This document shows, piece after piece, positions 40,858 through 49,800 of a stretch of DNA of 64,000 bases. Location: NCBI GenBank assembly GCA_976226885.1, contig OZ320316.1, positions 39,618,001 to 39,682,000 on the forward strand, read 5' to 3'. The notes beneath the pieces are model-generated. The model saw only the letters and a list, made by a program, of their open reading frames with translations, did no database searches and was not told the origin of the DNA. Each line of letters starts with the position of its first letter. The first letter of the stretch is position 1. Made by a program: the position numbers and the translations under genes. The stretch is from Iphione sp. A-MEVVRFRX5 (lineage: Eukaryota).

Positions 40858-40880
40858 CTGGAAATATATATACAGAATGA
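40858..40880 (-). promoter_or_regulatory. Predicted splice acceptor for env mRNA (TTTCCAG|G)
   Basis: T-rich tract ending TTTCCAG, 8 nt upstream of the env ATG, in the 83-nt pol-env spacer. Confidence 0.6.
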
Positions 40881-40932
40881 TTATTAACCCTTCCCATCCG
40901 TATTGTCGCCTGGTGAGACAACACGCTTACTT

Positions 40933-42087
40933 CTAATAGTCAACTGCTAACCTGAGAATGGCTTCAATGCCTTTCACGGCTCGGCGTAAGCTTTTGTTCT
41001 TACGGCTCGCAGTTGCTCGTACATTTTGTACCTGTACATCCATATCGTCAATGTCCGTTTGTCCATTTTCAGTCTCACTATCCGTGGGCATTTCTAAGTC
41101 AGTGGGTCTATTGTTGGGAATGTTATCTTCTTGTGTGCTAATGTCCCCCTCTGTATGTTCGTCGCTACTCTCCCTCTCCATTTGTTCTTTTCTTTCCTCC
41201 CTCTCTCTCATCCGCTTAGCTAATTCCATCAGAGGAATATCTTCTTCCTCTGCAGAATCCTCCCTCTCCTTACGATACCGTTTCGCTAATCTCGCTAGTG
41301 GTTCATCCATTTCAGAGTCATCTGTCTCGCTGTCATGTTCTGTCCCATCACTACTGTCGTCTGGTACAACATAGCGTGAGGGTCTGAGTACTCGATTTTG
41401 GGCAGTTTTGTTTGATGGTATCTCCCAATCTTCGATATTTGCTTTCCGAAGGTTAGTAGCATGAGCTTTCAAGGTCTTACCGGTTAACTGGTTCTTTATG
41501 ATAAACGTAATTGGAGTCTTTTTCTCGATGATTCTATAATAAGGAATCCAACGTTTGTCCAGTTTGCCCTGTCTTTGGTGATTTTTATAGTAGACGGGGT
41601 CTCCTAATTCGAGTTCAACATAGTTTTGACTTTGGAGTTTGTATTTTTCTTGTTTTTTCTTAGCTTTCTTGACACGATGGTAAACAGTTCTAAAAACCTT
41701 ATGTTGGTTTTCTAATGCTTTTCGATGATGTTCTTCTCCCATGTATTTCTGGTGTGGCTTCATGATGTTGTCAATGGGTAAAACCACATCACGATTGTAC
41801 AACAAGAAATATGGGGAGTACTTGGTGGTCTCGTTTACATTGAATCGAATAGCAGCTAAGGCCTGATTTAAGTGTAAGTCCCAAGTCTCTCGATTATCAT
41901 TTGCTAACTTGCTAAGGATGTCATGCAAGGTTCTATGTGATCTCTCGACTCTAGCGTTACCAGCTGGATTGTAAAAGGATGTTTTCACATGGTGTATATT
42001 GAGTTTCTGAAGTGTTTCCCTAACAATTTTGTTTTCATTTTCTGTTCCATTATCTGTTACTAATTCCAAAGGTGAGCCGAAACGTGG
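40933..42087 (-). CDS. pol: Pol, C-terminal part: integrase catalytic core, GPY/F-like region and acidic tail (continuation after a 1-nt frameshift)
   Basis: Reads PRFGSPLELVTDNG (second Asp), GNARVERSHRTL (Glu), KYSPYFLLY, KRWIPYY; joins the upstream IN frame if one base of the run at 42088-42093 is removed. Confidence 0.92.
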   Translation of the reverse strand, partial: PRFGSPLELVTDNGTENENKIVRETLQKLNIHHVKTSFYNPAGNARVERSHRTLHDILSKLANDNRETWDLHLNQALAAIRFNVNETTKYSPYFLLYNRDVVLPIDNIMKPHQKYMGEEHHRKALENQHKVFRTVYHRVKKAKKKQEKYKLQSQNYVELELGDPVYYKNHQRQGKLDKRWIPYYRIIEKKTPITFIIKNQLTGKTLKAHATNLRKANIEDWEIPSNKTAQNRVLRPSRYVVPDDSSDGTEHDSETDDSEMDEPLARLAKRYRKEREDSAEEEDIPLMELAKRMREREERKEQMERESSDEHTEGDISTQEDNIPNNRPTDLEMPTDSETENGQTDIDDMDVQVQNVRATASRKNKSLRRAVKGIEAILRLAVDY

Positions 42088-45031
42088 AAAAAATTTCTTC
42101 TAGCAACAGATGTGAAATAGTATCTGCCGTCTTATCTGGTGTGGCAAATGACTCTGGCCATCCGCTATACCAGTCTACGAAGCTTACGATATATTTGTTT
42201 CCTGATAAGGTCTTTTGATATGGACCGGAAAGGTCTAAGGAAACTTTAGCCCAGGGATACGGTGGAAAGTCCGTTTCCTGCATTGGCGGTCTAGCTTTAG
42301 TGAGGCTTCGTGTTTGGCAGGGCACACATTGGGTTACATAGGCATAAATTTCTTTATAGAGATTTGGCCAAAAATATTTTTGTCTGATTGTCTCATATGT
42401 CTTATCTATTCCCATGTGTCCATTTTTATCATGATATTGTTGTAGAATTTTGCTTCTAAGTTGTTTTGGAATACAGATCCTGACCAAAGGGTCATTATCT
42501 GGATCTGTCAGGAAGCATAATACACCATCTGCTCTTACTAGGTAACGGCGACTAATGTGTTTTGGGGCTTCTCCCTGTCGTAATTGTTCTACTATCTGTT
42601 TTATGTTTTCATCCTTGCTCTGCTCTTCCCTCATGTCTAAACCTTGGAAGTCTTCAGCTTCATCTACCTCTGTTTCATTTATCCCATCGTCTTGCTCGGC
42701 AGTGAACTGTGCAAACTCTCTGGGGTTAAATTTGTTGGAATTTATTGCTCCTATATTCAGTGTTCTATCATCTACATCCAGATCTAGTTCAGCATCCAGT
42801 AACTTAGGGCTATTCGGGGATCTTGACAATAGATCTGCTATGGAGTTTTCTTCTCCCTCTAAATATTCTATTTTACAGTTGTAACCAGCAATACTTAGGG
42901 CCCATAGTTGTATTTTCTTATTTTGCATAGGGGACTCCAGAAGGTGCTTCAGGGGTTTGTGATCAGTCCTAATTACAAAGGTAGCATTGTGGAGGAAGTA
43001 ATCTAACTTCTGCAGGCTGTAGTAGATCGCAAAACATTCACGTTCGATGGTAGACCAGCGGGATTGTGTATCGCTAAGTTTATGTGAAAGGAAATATATT
43101 GGTTTTTCATTCTTACAATTTTGAATGGGTGGAAATTCGTCATCGTCGTCACAAGCTTGCATTAGACAAGCGCCTATGCAGTCTTGAGAGGCATCTGTAT
43201 ATAGAACATACTCTTTCTTGGTGTCAGGGTAGGCTAAAATAGGGATTGTTGTCAAACTGTCCTTCAGAAAATTAAATGCTGTTTGGCATTCATCGGACCA
43301 CTTGAATTTTGAATACTTTTTTGTTAAGGCCACCAGTGGTTGTGCGATCTGGCTGAAATTTGGGATAAACCGTCGATACCAGGAACAAGCACCAATGAAA
43401 CCTCTTACTTCCTTTACACTACTGGGAGGTGCTAATTTTCTTATAGCTTCTACTTTGTGGGGGTCTGGCTTAACTCCATGCTCGTTAATCATGAAACCAA
43501 GGTAATTTGTTTCTTCTTGCATAAATTGACATTTTTTTAGCTTTAGTTTGAGGCCATGCTCACGTAATCTGTCAAAAACAGCCTGAATGTGTGTGATATG
43601 ACTGTCGAGGTCTGGACTATGTATCAGTACATCGTCTAAATATGCAAAAGCAAAATCTTCTTGTCCCTGCAGAACAGTTGTCATAAGTTCCTGGAATATG
43701 GCAGGGGCATTGGAAAGTCCGAAAGGCATCTTAATGTACTCATAAAGTCCCTTGTGACAGGCAAAGGCACACTTTTCTCTGTCGTCAGGATGTACCCTTA
43801 CTTGCCAATATCCGGACTTTAAATCTAAGCTTGTAAAGAATTTGGAATTTCCCAGTCCAGCCAAGATATCATCTATCAAAGGTAGTGGGTAGCTAATTGG
43901 TTTCGTGATCTTATTCAATAATCGAAAATCAGTGCAAAATCTTTTCGTTCCATCCTTCTTATCTACTATCACCACAGGGAAGCTCCAACTTGATCTGGAT
44001 CGTTGAATTACACCTGCCTGCAACATGTCTTCAACTGCCTTCTCTATAATTTCGCGCTTCATAAGTGGGGTGCGGTATGGCTTCAGTTTGATTGGGGCAT
44101 TGTCTCCTGTGTCTATTCTCATCTGTACTGTTTGTGTATGTCCTAGATCTAGATCAGTGGCTGCGAATAGATCTCTGTTCTTCTCAACTAGTTTAGTGAT
44201 TAGGGATCTGTGTTCTTGTGGTGCAGAAATATCTTCTAACTGAAGTGGTTCTTTTTGTGTGTTTTGAGGTGTGGTTGTCTGTGTTATTTCTGAGATCTCG
44301 TGTTCAACTAAGGGTTCAATTCGTCCTAGAATGCAGCCTCTTTTCACTTTGATTGTCTTGTTACTGCTGTTGATGATGTTAATAGGTAATTGATTTTTGT
44401 CATTTAGTGTGACCACAGAATTTGTAATAGCTAGTCCTGGTTGTTCGCTGATAAAGCCCTGTCCTATCTCTTTCAGCATATACTCTGCCATCCTGTCATC
44501 CTTAATTTTCACCCTTGCCTTGCAAAGCATCCCTGTCTGTGGTGCAAGCACCACTGTCTTCATTGCCCTTACCACTGTTGAAATGTGGATATCTTCATCA
44601 AGGTTCACATACTCATCATTGATGCGTAAACTACCCAAATCGAAGTACAACCTCACGCCATACTTTACCAGCCAGTCCCGTCCTAGTATAACATTTCTGT
44701 TAAGTCCGTCAACTATAATGAATTTCTGGGGAATATTCTGCCTTCCTATTGTAAACTCAATCTTTGCCTCTCCTACAACTTTTAATGGTGTTCCATTAGC
44801 AGATTGTAACTGGATAGATGTTGGTTTCAGTGGGGTCTTCTGTTTTAACCTCTTGTATACTTTTTTATGAAGGAGTGTCACCTCTGCACCTGTATCTACT
44901 AATGCTCTGTATTTCTCTTTTCCGAATTTAATAAGGCATGATGTGGGGTTTCCTGCAATATTAATTATATGGGTAATTCCCGTTCTCTCTTCACCATTGA
45001 CCCTATGGGAAGAGTATCTTAGTTTTCCTCT
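42050..45031 (-). CDS. pol: Pol, N-terminal part: aspartic protease, reverse transcriptase, RNase H, integrase zinc finger and first catalytic Asp
   Basis: Frame is open from 45031, upstream of the ORF-track GTG at 44881, and includes protease ALVDTGA and ILGRDW; RT LDLKSGYWQV, MPFGLSNAP, YLDD; RNase H YTDAS, ERECFAI, TDHKPL, ADLLSR; integrase HDKNGH...CVPC and SLDLSGP. The frame goes out of register at the homopolymer 42088-42093. Confidence 0.95.
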   Translation of the reverse strand, partial: RGKLRYSSHRVNGEERTGITHIINIAGNPTSCLIKFGKEKYRALVDTGAEVTLLHKKVYKRLKQKTPLKPTSIQLQSANGTPLKVVGEAKIEFTIGRQNIPQKFIIVDGLNRNVILGRDWLVKYGVRLYFDLGSLRINDEYVNLDEDIHISTVVRAMKTVVLAPQTGMLCKARVKIKDDRMAEYMLKEIGQGFISEQPGLAITNSVVTLNDKNQLPINIINSSNKTIKVKRGCILGRIEPLVEHEISEITQTTTPQNTQKEPLQLEDISAPQEHRSLITKLVEKNRDLFAATDLDLGHTQTVQMRIDTGDNAPIKLKPYRTPLMKREIIEKAVEDMLQAGVIQRSRSSWSFPVVIVDKKDGTKRFCTDFRLLNKITKPISYPLPLIDDILAGLGNSKFFTSLDLKSGYWQVRVHPDDREKCAFACHKGLYEYIKMPFGLSNAPAIFQELMTTVLQGQEDFAFAYLDDVLIHSPDLDSHITHIQAVFDRLREHGLKLKLKKCQFMQEETNYLGFMINEHGVKPDPHKVEAIRKLAPPSSVKEVRGFIGACSWYRRFIPNFSQIAQPLVALTKKYSKFKWSDECQTAFNFLKDSLTTIPILAYPDTKKEYVLYTDASQDCIGACLMQACDDDDEFPPIQNCKNEKPIYFLSHKLSDTQSRWSTIERECFAIYYSLQKLDYFLHNATFVIRTDHKPLKHLLESPMQNKKIQLWALSIAGYNCKIEYLEGEENSIADLLSRSPNSPKLLDAELDLDVDDRTLNIGAINSNKFNPREFAQFTAEQDDGINETEVDEAEDFQGLDMREEQSKDENIKQIVEQLRQGEAPKHISRRYLVRADGVLCFLTDPDNDPLVRICIPKQLRSKILQQYHDKNGHMGIDKTYETIRQKYFWPNLYKEIYAYVTQCVPCQTRSLTKARPPMQETDFPPYPWAKVSLDLSGPYQKTLSGNKYIVSFVDWYSGWPESFATPDKTADTISHLLLEEIFSTFRLTFGISNR
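44971..45028 (-). promoter_or_regulatory. Predicted -1 programmed ribosomal frameshift signal (gag-pol)
   Basis: G GAA AAC heptamer (45022-45028) directly before the gag TAA; 7-nt spacer; stem CTCTTCCCAT/ATGG(T)GAAGAG; gag and pol frames overlap only over about 45022-45031. Confidence 0.75.
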
Positions 45032-45924
45032 TCAATGAGGTTCACTGACTTCTTCAGCATAGGACAGTTCTTCTTCATGTGACCCTTCCCTTTACACTTG
45101 TGGCACTCCAACTGGGGGCAACTACTCTTGAAGTGGCCTGGCTGCTTACAGTACCAGCACCCTTCCTCACTCTTTGTCACCTCGACCTCTTGTACTCTGG
45201 CCTTGCACGGGCCCTGGTGATTTCGTCTACAGGTGCGGCATACCCGCTTCGGCCGCGTATAATCTACTTCCATTGGCTCTTCCTTACGTTCAGGCTTTGC
45301 ATATCCATATCCACTAAGGCCCCCCTTTAGATCTAGTTTCTTTCTGAGGTTTTGTTCCCGCATAGCTATTTTTATGGCCTCGGTTAAGTCCTTCGGATCT
45401 GCCCTTAACACTGACATTTTCATGCCAACGTGGCTGATGCCATCCACAAATATGTGTATGAGCTGGCTTTGTACGACAGCTTCTTTTTCCTTTCCAGGGA
45501 AGGCCTCCGTCGCTAACTCAATGACCCTCTCTCCGAATACCTGCACGTTCTCCCCTTCCTTCTGTTTAGCCTTCCTTAGGAGAGAGAAGGCATATTGACT
45601 ATCTGTTACTTCCGAAAATCGTTGAGCTAACTCTTTTTTTAGGTCCTTCCACTCTGCTCTGGGGTATGTGAGAAGATATCGATGAATAAAGTCCCCTGCT
45701 GGTCCTGCACTCGTTTGATAGGCCACCTTAGTGGTCGCTATCTCGTCTAAGTTTGCTAATAACTGACAGCGCTCTATAGCTCGTACCCACTCTTTGTATT
45801 TGCTAGGGGTGCCTGCAAATTTCTCTATGCTTTGTATGGCCCCCTGTTCCCTGAAAGCAGTGGACATACCATTCATGCTTCTGGTCAGAAGGTCGAATAG
45901 CTGCTTCAACTCTGGTCCTGCCAT
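45019..45924 (-). CDS. gag: Gag (capsid/nucleocapsid), 301 aa
   Basis: First ORF after the PBS with a strong start context (ACC ATG G); retrotransposon-Gag-like core (WVRAIE..., FVDGI); two CX2CX4HX4C knuckles (CWYCKQPGHFKSSC, CHKCKGKGHMKKNC) plus a variant CX2CX3HX3C. Confidence 0.93.
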   Translation of the reverse strand: MAGPELKQLFDLLTRSMNGMSTAFREQGAIQSIEKFAGTPSKYKEWVRAIERCQLLANLDEIATTKVAYQTSAGPAGDFIHRYLLTYPRAEWKDLKKELAQRFSEVTDSQYAFSLLRKAKQKEGENVQVFGERVIELATEAFPGKEKEAVVQSQLIHIFVDGISHVGMKMSVLRADPKDLTEAIKIAMREQNLRKKLDLKGGLSGYGYAKPERKEEPMEVDYTRPKRVCRTCRRNHQGPCKARVQEVEVTKSEEGCWYCKQPGHFKSSCPQLECHKCKGKGHMKKNCPMLKKSVNLIEEEN

Positions 45925-45939
45925 GGTACTAAGAAAAGG

Positions 45940-45948
45940 ACTTACCGG
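45940..45948 (-). promoter_or_regulatory. Predicted splice donor in the leader (CCG|GTAAGT)
   Basis: Consensus GTAAGT 5' splice site about 20 nt upstream of the gag ATG. Confidence 0.6.
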
Positions 45949-46077
45949 TTATGAAGATACACAGTCGGTCGCGATGATGGTTCTGCGGGTCGTACAGCAG
46001 CAGTACTTCTTTGCGTTGTGTCTGTCTTCCTTCGTCAGGAATTCAGCAAGCTGTAAATGTAATAGAGCTTTCTGGTT

Positions 46078-46095
46078 ATCCTGGTCACGGCACCA
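46078..46095 (-). promoter_or_regulatory. Primer-binding site complementary to the 3' end of tRNA-His(GUG)
   Basis: Minus strand reads TGGTGCCGTGACCAGGAT; the plus strand ATCCTGGTCACGGCACCA matches the 3' 18 nt (including CCA) of invertebrate-type tRNA-His as I recall it. It lies 15 nt inside the 5' LTR boundary. Confidence 0.85.
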
Positions 46096-46110
46096 AAAAG
46101 GTTAGTCACT

Positions 46111-46701
46111 TGTAACACAATGTGACAAGTGACGCCTTTGGGACTGGAGTTGTTTTTAAAATTGGTTTATTGAAATAATATAGTTTGAAGAGCAGCACAG
46201 TTCCACCACCCAGCCACCGCAGAGAAGAGGGTCCCTAGCACTGTCTACTCAGGGGAAGGCCTAACAGCATCATCAGCACAGCACGGCACAGCAGCACAGC
46301 ATCACAGCACGGCACAGCAGCACAGCACAGCAGCAGGACATCGGTCAGCTTGGGCAGCACTTCCCCTGGTAGCAGCAGTGGAGGGCCTCCCTCAGGGTAG
46401 AGTCAGGCTGGTGGTCTTGGTGGTTCGGCCGGTTGTTGTCGTCTCTGCTCCTCCCTCCAGTCTGTCTGAGGTGGATGGATCCCACTCCTTATATACAGGC
46501 TGAAGCTCCTCCTATCTTGTCAGCAGGAGTGGTTCCCATCCATCCGACATCTGTCCGGTCACGCGCTGCTCCTCCACCTTGATATCTGTAGGGAGATATC
46601 ATAAAGTCCTCCCCCCTCCACCAGTCACAATAATATACACCTTTTATTTGAAATAACAAATTAAAGTCTCAAATTCTTCTTTTGAGGGGCATTGTGTCAC
46701 A
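46111..46701 (-). repeat. 5' LTR (591 bp)
   Basis: Matches 38181-38771 base for base on visual comparison; ends form an imperfect 12-bp inverted repeat (plus strand TGTAACACAATG...CATTGTGTCACA); lies upstream of PBS and gag on the minus strand. Confidence 0.96.
46488..46495 (-). promoter_or_regulatory. Candidate LTR TATA box (TATATAAG)
   Basis: About 205 nt into the 5' LTR on the element strand; copy at 38558-38565. Confidence 0.55.
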
Positions 46702-46705
46702 CAAT
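46702..46705. repeat. Target-site duplication CAAT (right copy)
   Basis: Same 4-mer as 38177-38180, directly abutting the terminal ...CACA of the right LTR. Confidence 0.9.
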
Positions 46706-46731
46706 TCGTGCCATCCCCTTAATCCCTTCGT

Positions 46732-46870
46732 NNNNNNNNNNNNNNNNNNNNNNNNNNNNNNNNNNNNNNNNNNNNNNNNNNNNNNNNNNNNNNNNNNNNN
46801 NNNNNNNNNNNNNNNNNNNNNNNNNNNNNNNNNNNNNNNNNNNNNNNNNNNNNNNNNNNNNNNNNNNNNN
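46732..46870. other. Assembly gap (139 N)
   Basis: Run of N beginning 30 nt outside the 5' LTR. Confidence 0.99.
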
Positions 46871-49800
46871 TGGTGTGGCCAGGCTTGAATAGTGTCCACT
46901 TCACGACCACCGTAGCTGCGAGGGTGCTTCCAAGTGAACCAGCCACCACCGGCACCACCGTCAGCACCACCGTGCTGCTACCACTGGGATATTGTGAGAC
47001 ACTGAGCCAGCAACACATCCGCCCTGTCCAGCGTGCACCCTGAGTTGCCCCAGAAAGAAGCGTTCCAGCGTAACTGCCGGCTAACACGAACGTATAATAC
47101 ACCAATTACGTCCTTTTGAAAATGTAAATAGTTGCGCCGCCTGCCTGATTAAATGTGTTTTCGTGGAGTGATGAGGATAATTGCCGGCGTCCAGCCTGTG
47201 CCGTCTGGGCGGCCCAAGCCGGACACTGCGCGCCGCGCACTGCCGGACTTGGCCGGGCCGCAATTGGGCCGTGCTCACAGGGCTATTGTGGCCGGCCATG
47301 CCAGGCCCCTTGCAAGCCGGCCTCTGATGAGTACTAATCACTGTAATTTACTCCGTGCATAAAGAGGTCCCTTTTTGCGCAGGCGAAGCCTCACCCTTTA
47401 ACAACTAGGGTCACTGACACATTATGCAGGCACCATCCTGCCACCTTCCTACTAACCGCTGTTTTCTCCGCTTGTTTCACATTGGTCAGCTGCCGTCAAC
47501 CGGGGTGCAACACAATCACAAATAATCTGATAAGGGTAGGCCGCTCGAGATGATCAATCGGCTCCTGTTTGAGTCGGTGAAATTAGATCTCCTTCGTCTA
47601 CATCTCTACCTGGCCACTAACAATGTTTGAGTAGTATTGTGTTACAATCTTTGGGCAAACGGAATGTCAAATGGACAGACTCTCCTGAAATAATCAAAAA
47701 GTACTTAAAGTAGAAATGCACCTACATTGTTGTATATCTTTAAAGACAGCTGAATGAATGAATGATTGGGGTACCAAAGACATTTTGTCATTCTTTTACG
47801 TGATAGTCCCTTCAACCCCCAGGTTTTGTCCCAGATTTACTGTCCCTCTTGGGTGTGGCTGAATGAATCCAGACTGTGCGCAAGATGCACCGATTTGCGT
47901 GTTGTGGTGGACATTCCAGGCTAAAGCAATGGGTGATCGAGGGAACAAAGTAGGACAAAGTGGGAAGAGATGGACTGTCCCAATTGCCAGGGGGAGGAGC
48001 TACTCAGTGCGGGTGTCCGGGACATGAGCTGCTCTATAACAACGGGGGCGACAAGATGGATCGGCGTTATTGTGCTTATTGACCACTTAATCTAGTGTTG
48101 TCATGGCAAGGAGGCTGACCCGCGTCTCCTGGGTGGAGGCAGTTACTATGGCAACAATGGCGATGGTGTGAGACCAGGGTGAGGATGCGGACGGATCATC
48201 TGGACCCTGGAGGAAGATGGACGACAGTGACACCTCCAGGTGGCGCATCCCTCACCGGGGAGGGGAGGTTACTCCCCTTCAGGCTCCCAATACAGATTAA
48301 TCAGGGTGGGCGGCCGCGCCATTGCGTAAGGGGTCTCGCGGTGCGGCTGCCCGGTGACAGTTGCTGTTAATAATGCGTGGACAAATGGACTCCCCTGGAC
48401 CCCTCCTGTTAATGAATTGATCCTGCCGCGTCACCCCGGGTGGAGAATAACTGCAGCGTGTCCCCCCACTGCCTTTTGTATTGTCTGGCAGCAGGATTAA
48501 ATCACAACCCCTTGCAAGCGTCTCGTTAGCTTGCCATCCTGTGGATCCTTCGGGATCCAGTGACCACGGCTAGATCTATGTTCACCTGGTCGCCACAGAC
48601 ACACCTAATGGCCTCAGCCTCCACCAATTAATGGCTCCCCCGTGCCAGCATCCTCCCAATAGTTTTGTTTTTCCAATTATAATTGGCGAGTGGTGGGGAG
48701 ATCTACCAATTGTAAATCACTGCTAATTGGGACAACTGGTCGGCTTCATAACTCAACACCGAGTTATTGATAGTGAGAGCTTTATGGCTTGTTCTGCTGT
48801 CGTTGTCTTTATTGTGATAAATTGTCTGCTCTCTGCCGCCCGCCGAGCTGCTCGGACGGCGACCCGTGAGCAACTCAGTGCTAAAACACATTAAAACGTC
48901 TAGCAAATCACAACAAAGCAAATCCCTTATTAATTTCATATACAAGGAGGTTTACTACGTCTCCCAGAATAAAAAGGATTCCTCGCTGAAACAGTCCTTG
49001 CAATACACCTCAAAGTTAATTTGTGTACATGTACCTGTAGAAATCCAAAGGTTTAAATATCTAAAACCAAAGATGACAAATGGTGAGCACACAGTTTACG
49101 TCGCAAGCAGTTTTCGGAACTCCTATATTTGACTCTGTGCACCCCTGGGTTGAGAGCTCAGCGGCTAAAATGGATGGAGGGCTAGAACAGACAACAGATG
49201 AACAACCTCACAGCAAAATCAACCTCAGAGGAGAGACGTACAATACATGACAGTTTCACAGGAAATAAAGGAAAGGTCATGAAACCACAACATGGTATTA
49301 ACACACATCACGGATGTTATTTTTATAGTCCTAAACGTTAGACAGTGTCACCTATTTCAAATCCCCTGGCCAATAAGCGGTGAAGGTAAAATGTTCCACG
49401 CGTATGAGATTTGAGAATTCAGGGTGAAGATGTTAGGTCGAGAAAGAGACAGACATGCTGGTGTCCACATAACTGAGCATGACTCGACCTCAGAAGTCGA
49501 CCTAACTGTAACTAGCGGTTTCCTGCTGGTCGAGCCATCGGAGACCTACCTTTCCTTGTCTGTCCCCTACTGGCCTCGAGGCAAGAGGCCAGAAACTTTC
49601 TAAATCTCAGCATAACGTCCCCTTTGTTTGCAGGTCCAAGAGGTGAACGGAGGAAGAGGGGGAGTTATAAGGTTTCGCTGTGCTGTATAGCTTTCAATTC
49701 TGCACTAGTTTTCCCTTGTTACATTGATGGTGTTTCCATTATGGTTGTATGCGTATGCTGACGAGGATAAAACATATGATGAATATTGACGTCGATTAAA

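Larger units (their letters stand above)
38181..46701 (-). mobile_element. Full-length env-bearing Ty3/Gypsy (Metaviridae, errantivirus-like) LTR retroelement
   Basis: Two 591-bp direct repeats with TG...CA ends flank gag, pol and env ORFs on the minus strand; CAAT duplicated on both outer flanks; PBS next to the right-hand LTR; pol order PR-RT-RH-IN is diagnostic of Ty3/Gypsy rather than Ty1/Copia. Confidence 0.97.

Noticed and set aside
39054-45598. Plus-strand ORFs antisense to gag, pol and env (e.g. 40452-40856, 40958-41374, 44397-44870)
   Set aside because: Shadow frames of real minus-strand genes, with no motifs of their own.
19670-49505. Recurring CCTC(A/G)GAAGTC-like words (about 19675, 34935, 49490)
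   Set aside because: Matches of 15-16 bp with mismatches are expected among all position pairs; flanks do not align.
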